Source: Bacteroidia bacterium (GTDB taxonomy: Bacteria; Bacteroidota; Bacteroidia; NS11-12g; UBA955). From it: a stretch of DNA of 64,000 nucleotides. Of the stretch, positions 18,117 through 27,723 are shown in pieces. The first letter of the stretch is position 1. Every line of letters begins with the position of its first letter. The position numbers were made by a program, and so were the translations under genes. The stretch covers positions 713-64,712 of the forward strand of contig CBFHXF010000007.1 in assembly GCA_965659745.1 (NCBI GenBank), given 5' to 3'. The notes under the pieces were generated by a model. That model did no database searches. It was not told where the DNA came from and saw only the letters and a list, made by a program, of their open reading frames with translations.

Positions 18117-20963
18117 TTAAATAAATCGGCCGGTATGACTGGCTTTGCACTTTTTTACCACTTCTGGTGGACCTTCAACGATTATTTCGCCTCCGGCAGC
18201 TCCGCCTTCAGGGCCTACATCAATAAGCCAATCAGCCGTTCTTATTACATCTAAATTGTGTTCAATGACTAAAACGGTATTGCCTTTATCTACTAAAGTC
18301 TGGAGTACAGCTAGAAGTTGGTTGATATCGTCGAAATGCAAACCCGTGGTGGGTTCGTCTAAGATGAAAAGGGTTTTCCCGGTGTCGCGCTTGCTCAACT
18401 CGGTTGAGAGCTTCACGCGCTGTGCTTCACCGCCCGACAGGGTGGTGCTACTTTGTCCGAGTGTGATATAACCCAAGCCCACATCTTGCATGGTTTTGAT
18501 TTTGCGATAAATCAGCGGTACATTCTCGAAGAATTCGACCGCCTGGCTTACCGGCATTTCCAAAACATCGTAAATGCTCTTGCCTCTGTAACGAACTTCT
18601 AGAGTTTCGCGGTTGTATCGTTTGCCTTGACAAACATCGCAGGGTACTTCTACATTGGGCAAGAAATTCATTTCAATAACTTTTCTGCCGCCGCCTTTAC
18701 ACCCTTCACAACGACCTCCTTTTACATTGAACGAAAATCTCCCCGGCTTGTAACCGCGAATTTTACTTTCGGCCAATTGGGTAAAGAGATTCCTTATTTC
18801 TTGAAATACCCCTACATAGGTGGCCGGATTGCTTCGTGGAGTGCGTCCAATCGGACTCTGATCGATGCGAATAACTTTATCGATCAATTCCAAACCCGAA
18901 ACTTTATCGTACGATAAGGGTCGGTGGTGCGACCCATAAATTTTGTGTTTGGCAAGAGGGTAGAGGGTTTCGTTTATTAAGGTAGATTTTCCACTTCCCG
19001 AAACGCCGGTTACACATACAAAAACGCCGAGGGGTACATGTAAATCGGTTCCTTTAAGGTTGTTTCCTTTACACCCTAAAACATGAATGTATTCTTTTCC
19101 GGGTTTACGGCGTATTTCAGGAATCGGAATTTTTGCAGTACCATTTAAATAACTTGCGGTAACCGCACTCGATTGTAAAAATTGTTCCACCGTTCCCGAT
19201 GCTACAATTTCTCCTCCTTTTTTACCCGCAAGTGGACCTATTTCCACCAGCCAATCTGCGGCCTTCATCATGTCCTCATCGTGCTCTACCACCAAAACGG
19301 AATTGCCGATGTCTCTCAAATCTTTCAGACTTTGTATCAGCCTCTCATTATCGCGTTGATGCAAACCAATAGAAGGCTCGTCTAAGATATATAAAACATT
19401 TACCAACTTCGAACCTATCTGCGTGGCCAAACGAATGCGCTGGGCTTCACCGCCACTCAGGGTTTTGGCTGGGGAATGAAGCGATAAATATCCCAATCCC
19501 ACACCCGATAAAAATGAAATTCGATTGCGGATTTCTTTGAGTAATTCCGTGGCAATGATTTTCTGCCTATCCGTTAATCTCGCCTCTACGTCGCGCAACC
19601 AAATTTCGAGATCGGAAATATTCATGCGAGCCAGGTCCGAAATACTTTTTTTGTCGATTTTAAAGTGTAAGGATTCCTTTTTCAAACGGTCGCCGTTGCA
19701 CACCGGACATGAAATTTCATGAACAAATTCTTCCGCCCATTCCCGCATTTTATCATCGTCTGATTCGAAATAGGAATCCGAAACAATATTGATTACGCCT
19801 TTAAAATAGGTTTCATATTTGTGCCCTCCCCATTTGTCGCCCTTCATCACAATATCTATCGCCTCTTCATCGCCGTACAAAATGGCATTCAATTGCTTTT
19901 CAGTAAGCTTATCTACAGTATCGGCTAATGAAAAACCGTACTTTTTAGCAATCACCCGAAGTTGTTGGAAGGTCCAATTTTCGCGGTATTCCCCCAAAGG
20001 AATAATAGCGCCTTTGTTAATGGATTTGCTTCTATCGGGGATGATGTATTCTAAATTGATTTCAGATTTAATGCCAATTCCTTCGCAATTTTCACATGCG
20101 CCATAAGGCGAATTAAAAGAGAACGAGTTAGGTTGCGGTTCTTGATAACTCAAACCCGAAACCGGATCCATTAAAAATTTACTAAAGGGATGCAAAACCC
20201 CTTCTTCATCAATTACCGTAACATATCCTTCACCCACTTTTAAGGCGGTTGCCAAACTGTCTTGCAATCTTTTTGGGGCACTCGGCTTTACCTCTAAACG
20301 GTCAATTACGATGTCGATATCGTGAATCTTATACCGGTCTAACATCATTCCGGTGGTAATATCCATCATTTCTTTGTCTACCACCACTTTGTTATAACCG
20401 CGCTTTTTTATCTGCTCAAATAGCTCCCTATAATGTCCTTTTCTCGATTTAATTACCGGAGCCGTTAAAACGATCTTTTGATTTTCGTACGTTTCTAAAA
20501 TTTTCTGATAAATCTGCTCCTCCGAATACCGAACCATTTTCTCACCTGTAACATAACTGTAGGCTTCGGCCGCACGGGCATACAAAAGGCGAAGAAAATC
20601 GTAAACCTCGGTAACCGTTCCTACCGTACTTCTCGGATTCCGTGAAACGGTTTTCTGTTCAATCGCAATAACCGGCGATAGCCCTTTAACCTTATCTACG
20701 TCTGGCCTTTTCATGTCGCCCACAAACTGACGTGCGTAGGCTGAAAATGTCTCTAAATACCGCCTTTGTCCCTCTGCAAACAAGGTGTCAAAGGCTAAAG
20801 AACTCTTTCCAGACCCCGATAATCCAGTAAAAACAACCAAGGAATTTCTAGGAATTACCAAATCGATATCCTTAAGGTTGTGTTCCCGGGCACCTTGCAC
20901 AATAATTACTTTTTCACTGTCAGGTTGATTGATATTTTGAGGCCTCTGGGTCATAAATCGCAA
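18117..20963 (-). CDS. uvrA: Excinuclease ABC subunit A
   Basis: 948 aa. Two ABC ATPase modules (GLSGSGKSSLAF and GVSGSGKSTLINE), zinc-finger Cys clusters and LSGGEAQR signature motifs. Confidence 0.9.
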   Translation of the reverse strand: MRFMTQRPQNINQPDSEKVIIVQGAREHNLKDIDLVIPRNSLVVFTGLSGSGKSSLAFDTLFAEGQRRYLETFSAYARQFVGDMKRPDVDKVKGLSPVIAIEQKTVSRNPRSTVGTVTEVYDFLRLLYARAAEAYSYVTGEKMVRYSEEQIYQKILETYENQKIVLTAPVIKSRKGHYRELFEQIKKRGYNKVVVDKEMMDITTGMMLDRYKIHDIDIVIDRLEVKPSAPKRLQDSLATALKVGEGYVTVIDEEGVLHPFSKFLMDPVSGLSYQEPQPNSFSFNSPYGACENCEGIGIKSEINLEYIIPDRSKSINKGAIIPLGEYRENWTFQQLRVIAKKYGFSLADTVDKLTEKQLNAILYGDEEAIDIVMKGDKWGGHKYETYFKGVINIVSDSYFESDDDKMREWAEEFVHEISCPVCNGDRLKKESLHFKIDKKSISDLARMNISDLEIWLRDVEARLTDRQKIIATELLKEIRNRISFLSGVGLGYLSLHSPAKTLSGGEAQRIRLATQIGSKLVNVLYILDEPSIGLHQRDNERLIQSLKDLRDIGNSVLVVEHDEDMMKAADWLVEIGPLAGKKGGEIVASGTVEQFLQSSAVTASYLNGTAKIPIPEIRRKPGKEYIHVLGCKGNNLKGTDLHVPLGVFVCVTGVSGSGKSTLINETLYPLAKHKIYGSHHRPLSYDKVSGLELIDKVIRIDQSPIGRTPRSNPATYVGVFQEIRNLFTQLAESKIRGYKPGRFSFNVKGGRCEGCKGGGRKVIEMNFLPNVEVPCDVCQGKRYNRETLEVRYRGKSIYDVLEMPVSQAVEFFENVPLIYRKIKTMQDVGLGYITLGQSSTTLSGGEAQRVKLSTELSKRDTGKTLFILDEPTTGLHFDDINQLLAVLQTLVDKGNTVLVIEHNLDVIRTADWLIDVGPEGGAAGGEIIVEGPPEVVKKCKASHTGRFI

Positions 20964-21057
20964 AAATACGAAAGAATGAGCCCTTTACTTACATATTCCG
21001 TCGATATTTACCACTTTAAAGACTAATCAATCGCGTATTATCCGAAACATCGTATTT

Positions 21058-22644
21058 TTGTCCGTCGTGTGGAATTCAATCAATCGCTATTATCAATCGC
21101 ATCCGCTTAGAAGTATACTCCTCGTCGGACTCCTTTTTAGGTTATTAGCTGTTATATTTTCTAAGGGTTATGCGTTTACAGACGACCATTATTTCGTTAT
21201 CGAAGAAGCCCAACAATGGATTTTTCAAAGCCATGAACCCCGCTCATTTTTCAACCCCAATATCATTCTAGAAGACCGACTTTCACATGGAGCCCTCTAT
21301 ACAACCCTGCATTATACACTGTTTCAAATTTATAGATTAATCGGCTTTGATGACCCCATGAACATCATGCTCAGCGTGCGTTTTATGCATGCCTTGTACA
21401 GTTTATGGATTATTATTCTAGGATATAAAATTGCCCGTCACTGGGGAAGCCCAAAAACAGCGCTCCAAATAGCATGGATATTGTCATTGGCCTGGTTTAT
21501 GCCGTTTTTATCTGTGCGAAATCTGGTGGAAGTAGTATGCATTCCGCCCTTAATGGGAGCTACGCTATTATTTCTTAAAAACAATAAAAAAGCCTTTTTT
21601 GGGGCCGGACTTTTAGCAGCGCTTGCTTTTTCCTTGCGTTTTCAGACCGTTTTGTTTTCCGGAATGTTCGGATTGATCCTACTTTGGCAATTGCGATGGC
21701 GCGATGCCATTACTTTACTTCTGGGATTTGGAACCGGAAGCGTGGTATTATTGGGAGGTTTGGACTTCCTGCTCTTTGGCACTCCCTTTTATGAATTGAT
21801 TTCCTATGTAGCATACAATGCTACCCATGCGGGAGAATATCCCAACGGACCATGGTACCAATATATTGGAGTGATTTTGGGTATGTTTTTGATTTTTCCA
21901 GCCGCTAATTGGCTCATGGCCTCGGCCCTGAAATTCAGAACCTACGCCGTTCTTTTATTTCCCACGTTAGTATTTTTATTATTTCATTCCTATTTCCCAA
22001 ACAAACAAGAACGCTTTATTTTACCCGTAATTCCATTTTTGATTATGGCTGGGGTATTGGCTTGGAATCAATATGTTGAATTCAAAAAATCAGATAAAAT
22101 CAACCGTTGGAATCGATTTTCAATGAAATTCTTCTGGATTTTAAACACACCTCTGCTATTCGGATTGTCTTTGGCGTCTACCCGCACCGCCAAAATGGAT
22201 GCCATGTATTTTTTGTATCAACAAAGAGATGCCACCCATTTTGCTATTGAATCTACCCACCGCGATTACATGGAATTTATGCCCCGATTTTATGGTAATT
22301 TTTGGTCGCCCTACCAACATATTTTGCCCAATTGTGAAGCGCCCTGTTTTTTTGATTCTGTTGCCCATGGCGTTCACCCATTTCCCAATTATATACTGTT
22401 TTTCGATGAGGAAAATTTAACAGAAAGAGTGGAAAAGGTGCAGTCTATTGTTGATTTAGATTACGTCGAAAAAATAGAATCGTCTTGGTTGGATCGACTC
22501 ATTCCCAAGTTAAATCCCATAGTGAAAAGTCAAAAAATATTCGTGTACAAGGTGAAGGGCATTTTGGAAGACCGACTACCAGCTTCCTCCGGCACCACCT
22601 CCGTTAAAGCCGCCACCGCCGCCGAAACCACCGAATCCTCCTGA
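21058..22644 (+). CDS. GT-C fold membrane glycosyltransferase, GT22/mannosyltransferase-like
   Basis: 528 aa polytopic membrane protein. N-terminal FTDDHYFVIEEAQQW and internal NKQERF resemble the PIG-B/Alg9-like (PF03901) HKEERF region. There is no ATG near the N-terminus, so a TTG (21058) or GTG start is assumed. The last 69 nt overlap the convergent TPM gene. Confidence 0.5.
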   Translation: MSVVWNSINRYYQSHPLRSILLVGLLFRLLAVIFSKGYAFTDDHYFVIEEAQQWIFQSHEPRSFFNPNIILEDRLSHGALYTTLHYTLFQIYRLIGFDDPMNIMLSVRFMHALYSLWIIILGYKIARHWGSPKTALQIAWILSLAWFMPFLSVRNLVEVVCIPPLMGATLLFLKNNKKAFFGAGLLAALAFSLRFQTVLFSGMFGLILLWQLRWRDAITLLLGFGTGSVVLLGGLDFLLFGTPFYELISYVAYNATHAGEYPNGPWYQYIGVILGMFLIFPAANWLMASALKFRTYAVLLFPTLVFLLFHSYFPNKQERFILPVIPFLIMAGVLAWNQYVEFKKSDKINRWNRFSMKFFWILNTPLLFGLSLASTRTAKMDAMYFLYQQRDATHFAIESTHRDYMEFMPRFYGNFWSPYQHILPNCEAPCFFDSVAHGVHPFPNYILFFDEENLTERVEKVQSIVDLDYVEKIESSWLDRLIPKLNPIVKSQKIFVYKVKGILEDRLPASSGTTSVKAATAAETTESS

Positions 22645-23337
22645 GCTTCCGCCGCCACCAAATCCACCGCCAAACCCACTTCCCCCAAAGAAAATAGGAG
22701 GGGTGTAAAATCCTCGGCGAGAATAACCGCCGCCGCCGCCTCTTCTCACGAAAAGTAGATAAAACAGCAAGAATAATAGGATCGGGGCCAGCACCGATAG
22801 CACCGATTCGGTCTTTTTATTAGATTTATTCCGACCTTTAAATTCTCCTTTTACGGCTATGGCCAACGCATAAACGGTTTCGCGAACGGCATTGTAATAA
22901 TCTCCAGTTTTTAAATAAGGCACGAGAGATTTACGGCCGATATCGCCGACTATTCCGTCGGTAAGTTTGCCTTGTGTTTTGTCGGCCGTGATGATGTGGT
23001 ATTTGCGGCCCCCAATGTTCAGATAGACCAAAATACCATTATTTACCCCCTTGTCGCCAATTTGCCAAGCCCGAGAAATGAACATGGCCCGGTCAAATGC
23101 ATCGTATTCGCTGTTAGCCTCTAAGACTACTGCAATTTGAACTCCTACAGAATCTTGAAAGTCGCTCAATAAGCGATTGAGCATGCGTTCTTCGCTAGGT
23201 TCTAAAACATCGGCATAGTCGTTCAAGAAATTGGTATATTTCGGAACCTCCTGTTTTGCCGATAGCCAATTTAAACCCGCAAGCAGACCAAAAAGGAGTA
23301 AGACGTATTTAGTAAATTTTGTTTTTGGTAACTTCAT
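22576..23337 (-). CDS. TPM-domain (YgcG-like) membrane protein with Gly-rich C-terminal tail
   Basis: Signal peptide MKLPKTKFTKYVLLLFGLLAGL, TPM/phosphatase-like domain, a TM helix (ILLFLLFYLLFV), then GGGGGYSRRG...FGGGFGGGGSSGGFGG, a typical YgcG tail. The ATG at 23337 is preferred over 23397. Confidence 0.7.
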   Translation of the reverse strand: MKLPKTKFTKYVLLLFGLLAGLNWLSAKQEVPKYTNFLNDYADVLEPSEERMLNRLLSDFQDSVGVQIAVVLEANSEYDAFDRAMFISRAWQIGDKGVNNGILVYLNIGGRKYHIITADKTQGKLTDGIVGDIGRKSLVPYLKTGDYYNAVRETVYALAIAVKGEFKGRNKSNKKTESVLSVLAPILLFLLFYLLFVRRGGGGGYSRRGFYTPPIFFGGSGFGGGFGGGGSSGGFGGFGGGGGFNGGGAGGSW

Positions 23338-23794
23338 TTGATAATTCATTCGGGTTTTCATCGCTTGGGGCGAAATATTTCGACAATTGCTTGCCAACTA
23401 CATGTACCCCTTTAATTATGCCATCGGTAATAGAGCCGGTTTTGATGTTTCGAATAATTTCGTCTTTTACCGCTTCCCAAAACTCAGTTCCAACGTGTTT
23501 GTGGATACCTTCATCACCGATAACCGCTATTTCATGTTTGCGCAAACGCAGAAAGATGAGCACACCATTACGATTTTCGGTTTTGTGCATTTCTAAGGCC
23601 TCGAATACTTTTTGAGCTTCCTCCAGTAGAGGTAACTTCGAGCCGCAAACCGTGTAATGTACTCTGATTTCAGCAGATGTGATTTCTTCCGCCTCGGCAA
23701 TCGCTTCCACTACGCGAGCCGTTTCTATTTGACCCGCAGGCGAAAATTTTTGCAATCCCTTGATACCGAACAACATTGAATTATTCGTAAACAC
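23309..23794 (-). CDS. TPM-domain protein (YgcG N-terminal-like, cytoplasmic/periplasmic partner)
   Basis: 161 aa with no TM. TPM-like motifs (EIRVHYT, VLIFL..RKHEIAVIGDEGIH). Sits between lemA and the second TPM gene. Confidence 0.65.
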   Translation of the reverse strand: MFTNNSMLFGIKGLQKFSPAGQIETARVVEAIAEAEEITSAEIRVHYTVCGSKLPLLEEAQKVFEALEMHKTENRNGVLIFLRLRKHEIAVIGDEGIHKHVGTEFWEAVKDEIIRNIKTGSITDGIIKGVHVVGKQLSKYFAPSDENPNELSNEVTKNKIY

Positions 23795-24380
23795 TGTCTA
23801 AGTCAGGAGCGTTTTCCATGCCTTCAGCGGCCGAGAATCCAGAGCGTTTTTCAAATCCGAACATTCCCGCTAGAATATTATTAGGGAAACGACGCACCTT
23901 TTTATTGTAAATGGCAACCGCTTCGTTAAAGTCAGTTCGAGCCGTACTGATGCGATTTTCAGTGCCTGCAATTTCGTCGTTCAACTTCTGAAATTGGGGA
24001 ATGGATTTCAAATCAGGGTATTTTTCAACTACCACCATCAAACGGGAAAGTGTTCCGTTCAGTTTAGATTGGGCTGCCTCAAATTGCTTGATATTATCGG
24101 CATTCAATTTACTGGCATCGATATTCATGCTGGTAGCAGACGCACGGGCAGAAACTACTTCTTTTAGGATGTTTTCTTCTGTTTTAGCCGCTTTAACTAC
24201 GGTTTTTGCCAAGTTCAAAATCAAATCGCCACGACGTTGATACTGTGTCTCCACATTATTCCAAGCTTTTTCTACGTCTTCGTCGGTGCCCACCATACCA
24301 TTATAGGTACTGCAACCCACTCCAAAAAACAATACAAATACGCCAATTACGGCAAACAAGATAAGATTACTGCGTTTCAT
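23781..24380 (-). CDS. lemA: LemA family protein
   Basis: 199 aa. N-terminal TM/lipoprotein-like anchor plus the LemA signature EKAWNNVETQYQRRGDLILNL...RTDFNEAVAIYNKKVRRFPNNILAGMFGF. Confidence 0.85.
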   Translation of the reverse strand: MKRSNLILFAVIGVFVLFFGVGCSTYNGMVGTDEDVEKAWNNVETQYQRRGDLILNLAKTVVKAAKTEENILKEVVSARASATSMNIDASKLNADNIKQFEAAQSKLNGTLSRLMVVVEKYPDLKSIPQFQKLNDEIAGTENRISTARTDFNEAVAIYNKKVRRFPNNILAGMFGFEKRSGFSAAEGMENAPDLDSVYE

Positions 24381-25051
24381 AAAAATTGTAATTCAAATAT
24401 ACGTTCAAATGCCATTCTCATTTTAAGATTTACTTCAAAGAAATCAATTTCTTCGTTCAATTCTTTGGAAATACTGGTTACCGCCTTATCTGGAATTCCA
24501 CAAGGTACAATATGATGGAACATAGCCAAGTCTGTATTCACATTTAAGGCCAAGCCATGCATGGTTACATACCGACTGCTTTTTATGCCAATGGCAGCAA
24601 TTTTTCTTTCTTGCAAACCCTCAATATCGAGCCAAACGCCTATGCGGTCGCTTATTGTACCGGCCTTGATGCCGTATTGAGCCACGACTTCTACAATACA
24701 GGCTTCAACGCGCGCTACATATTGCTTGATGCCTACATTCAATTGCTCTAAATCAAAAATTGGATATACGACCAATTGTCCGGGACCGTGATACGTAATA
24801 TCCCCTCCACGCTCAATCTCAAAAACGTCTGCTCCTAAACGCTTTAACATATCAGGAGTAGCCAACAAGTGGTTCTTTTTTGCATGCTTTCCAAAGGTAT
24901 ACACATGGGGATGTTCAACGAAAATCAGATGCATGGGTACGCTAACGCCCTGGCGCTTCGCTTCAATCATCTCAGCAAATAGGCGTTGCTGTAATTCCCA
25001 AACCTCTTTGTATGAAACGCGACCCAATTGGTGAAATTCGCAAATATTCAT
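24377..25051 (-). CDS. lipB: Lipoyl(octanoyl) transferase
   Basis: 224 aa. Motifs HPHVYTFGKH, ERGGDITYHGPGQLVVYPI and RKIAAIGIK (catalytic Lys) are diagnostic of LipB. Its stop overlaps the lemA start by 4 nt. Confidence 0.85.
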   Translation of the reverse strand: MNICEFHQLGRVSYKEVWELQQRLFAEMIEAKRQGVSVPMHLIFVEHPHVYTFGKHAKKNHLLATPDMLKRLGADVFEIERGGDITYHGPGQLVVYPIFDLEQLNVGIKQYVARVEACIVEVVAQYGIKAGTISDRIGVWLDIEGLQERKIAAIGIKSSRYVTMHGLALNVNTDLAMFHHIVPCGIPDKAVTSISKELNEEIDFFEVNLKMRMAFERIFELQFL

Positions 25052-25163
25052 TGAGCAAAGTTACATTGCTTTTATGGCTTCTCTTTTCGGGGGAAGTATT
25101 TTTGTGAGCCAAAATCAAATTATCACTTACTGTAAACTTGAACGCCTGTAACCCGAAACAAAA

Positions 25164-25604
25164 ATGAATACGAACAAAAAGATTCCCAAGAGAGCTCAAG
25201 GACAAATTGCCGAGAAACAAGCAGAAGTGTGGTTTCGTAGAAATGGATACCAGATAAAACACATCAATTGGTACCATAATCATAAAGAAATCGATTTAGT
25301 TGTGGAAAATTCGAAATGCCGGGTGTTTGTGGAAGTGAAATTTAATAATGCCAATTCCATAAATTTTCCAGAGGCTAAAATCAACAAACAAAAACAACAA
25401 TTTTTACAGCAATGTGCACGTTCTTATCAATATGAATTCCCTAGTAATAAACCGCTTCGATTCGATATTATTGCCATTACACAAAGTCCGTTCTCTCACC
25501 AAATTTACCATGTGAAAGACGCTTTTTTTGGCCGACATTCGTACAAAAGATCGGGTCGTTTGTCTCATTTTTGCGACATAGATTTTAATCTCAAACGCTT
25601 TTAG
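25164..25604 (+). CDS. YraN/UPF0102 family predicted endonuclease
   Basis: 146 aa. GQIAEKQAEVWFRRNGYQIKHINWY...EIDLVVENSKCRVFVEVKF matches the UPF0102 pattern (G..AE..A..YL...G..I...N...E.DI......L.FVEVK.R). Confidence 0.55.
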   Translation: MNTNKKIPKRAQGQIAEKQAEVWFRRNGYQIKHINWYHNHKEIDLVVENSKCRVFVEVKFNNANSINFPEAKINKQKQQFLQQCARSYQYEFPSNKPLRFDIIAITQSPFSHQIYHVKDAFFGRHSYKRSGRLSHFCDIDFNLKRF

Positions 25605-25611
25605 TCTTACT

Positions 25612-27723
25612 TTGCACCCAATGAAATTACGTCTATTCGGATTACTCACGTTTTGCCTATCCATGCAAATCAATGCCCAGCACACCTGTGGTACGGATCT
25701 ATATTATGAGCATCAAGTATCTGATAATCCATCACTTAAAGGGGTAGAATCTACGCATAATGTGGAGAGTAAAAAATTCGTAAAGTCGAATAAAAGCAAT
25801 GTTAACAAGCGAGCCACGAAATACACCATTCCGGTTGTTTTTCACGTAATTCACACCGGAGGCAGTGAAAATATATCGCGAGAACAGATTTTAGATCAAA
25901 TTCGGATCCTAAATGAAGATTTTAGTTATACCAATACCAACAAAGTAAATTTGAGAACGGCTTTTCAAAATGTGGCCGCCTCGGGTGATATTAAATTCGA
26001 ATTAGCTACCATAGACCCACAAGGAAACTGTTTTGATGGAATCAATCGTATATACTCACCTTTAGGGGTAAATATGGATATCGATGACGAACCGGTAAAA
26101 GATTTAGCGTATTGGAATTACAGAAAATATTTAAATATCTGGGTGGTAACCAATATTGTAAGTGGTTCAAGTCAAGGAACGGTTTTGGGATATGCCGTTT
26201 TTCCTTGGACATCTAGTTTTAATAAAGACGGTATTGTATTGCGTCACGATCGCGTAGGATCTATCGGTACCGCTGCCAATACAGATGACGGTCGCACGCT
26301 TACCCATGAGGTAGGACATTGGTTGGGCTTGTATCATACGTTTCAAGGAGGTTGCAATGATGGAGATAATTGCGACGATACACCGCCAGTATTAAGCACG
26401 TTTACCAATGCCAATTGTCCGGCAAACGGAAATTCTTGCTCCAATGATTTTCCAGATCTACCAGACATGTGGGAGAACTACATGGATTATTCAAACGGTA
26501 CATGCATGAGTGCCTTTACAAAAGAACAAGTTGCTCGAATGCATTATTATTTGGAAACCTTGCGCAGTTCGATATACAGCACCTCTAATTTGCTTTCCGT
26601 TGGAGTTCAAAAGCAGAATACAAAGCCAACCGCTGCGTTTAATTCGAATACACGCATCGTTTGTGCGGGCAAACCTGTTAATTTTTATGATTTGAGTTGT
26701 AAGGGTGCGGTAACTGCTCGTTTGTGGACGTTTACGGGCGCTACCCAAACCAGTTCTACAGATGCCAATCCTGTAGTAATTTACAACAAACCAGGTACCT
26801 ATGAAGTAAAATTACAAGTAGAAAATAATTTCGGAAGCGACAGCCGTACGGAAACCTCATATATAAAGGTATTAAACGAATACGGTAAGGAAAGTCCCAA
26901 CTTCGAAGAAGGATTTGAGTCGGGCGATCCGGTAAATACCGTAGGTTTTGAACATTTATCGCCTACCTACAAATTCGATCGCACGAATGTTGCGGCATAT
27001 ACAGGTTCTTATTGTTACCGTGCCAATATCAATGCTGCAACACCTGCTGGTGCGGTGTTTAGTTTTCAAACGCCTTCCTTTGACATATCAACTTTGCCAT
27101 CGGGCATTTCTCCTAAATTTACCTTTTGGGCTTCTTATGCCCAACCTAATGCAGACGTAAGCGAAACACTTAAAATATTTATATCTACCGATTGCGGAGG
27201 TACTTGGGAGCAGATCTATTTGCGTAATGGGACTTCTTTGGCGTATTTGGGAGCAGGATTTGCTAGTAATTGGAAACCTACCTTGGCAACCCACTGGCGT
27301 AGACATGGCATTGGATCGCTCAGTAGCTTAGGATATGGTGATGCGAAAAGCGCAATTTTCAGAATCGATGTTTTAAGTGCAGCAGGCAACCCCGTATACA
27401 TAGATAACATTAATATGAGTCCATACTTTGCATCTAATTCTCAAGTGAATACCGAAAACTTCAGTTTAGATGTTTATCCCAATCCGGCCAAAAATAAAGC
27501 CACATTAGAAATTTTCAATCAAAAAAGTATTTCTAATGCGCACATCGCTATGTACGACGTAACTGGGCGCATGATTTCTATGATTTATAAAGGGGCTATG
27601 CCAAAAGGGAAAAAAGAATTTGAGGTATTGGCTCCAACAAATTCGAGTACTGGAGTGTATTATATACGAATCAATACAAACGAAGGAAGTGCAACACAAC
27701 GATTAATTTTCGAAAACGAATAA
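25612..27723 (+). CDS. Secreted M43-family (pappalysin/cytophagalysin-like) zinc metalloprotease with T9SS C-terminal sorting domain
   Basis: 703 aa. Signal peptide MHPMKLRLFGLLTFCLSMQINAQ; HEVGHWLGLYHTF zinc site plus Cys-rich segment; a PKD-like middle domain; and a C-terminal LDVYPNPAKNKATLEIFN...YYIRINTNEGSATQRLIFEN, a Por_Secre_tail type CTD. Confidence 0.7.
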   Translation: MHPMKLRLFGLLTFCLSMQINAQHTCGTDLYYEHQVSDNPSLKGVESTHNVESKKFVKSNKSNVNKRATKYTIPVVFHVIHTGGSENISREQILDQIRILNEDFSYTNTNKVNLRTAFQNVAASGDIKFELATIDPQGNCFDGINRIYSPLGVNMDIDDEPVKDLAYWNYRKYLNIWVVTNIVSGSSQGTVLGYAVFPWTSSFNKDGIVLRHDRVGSIGTAANTDDGRTLTHEVGHWLGLYHTFQGGCNDGDNCDDTPPVLSTFTNANCPANGNSCSNDFPDLPDMWENYMDYSNGTCMSAFTKEQVARMHYYLETLRSSIYSTSNLLSVGVQKQNTKPTAAFNSNTRIVCAGKPVNFYDLSCKGAVTARLWTFTGATQTSSTDANPVVIYNKPGTYEVKLQVENNFGSDSRTETSYIKVLNEYGKESPNFEEGFESGDPVNTVGFEHLSPTYKFDRTNVAAYTGSYCYRANINAATPAGAVFSFQTPSFDISTLPSGISPKFTFWASYAQPNADVSETLKIFISTDCGGTWEQIYLRNGTSLAYLGAGFASNWKPTLATHWRRHGIGSLSSLGYGDAKSAIFRIDVLSAAGNPVYIDNINMSPYFASNSQVNTENFSLDVYPNPAKNKATLEIFNQKSISNAHIAMYDVTGRMISMIYKGAMPKGKKEFEVLAPTNSSTGVYYIRINTNEGSATQRLIFENE

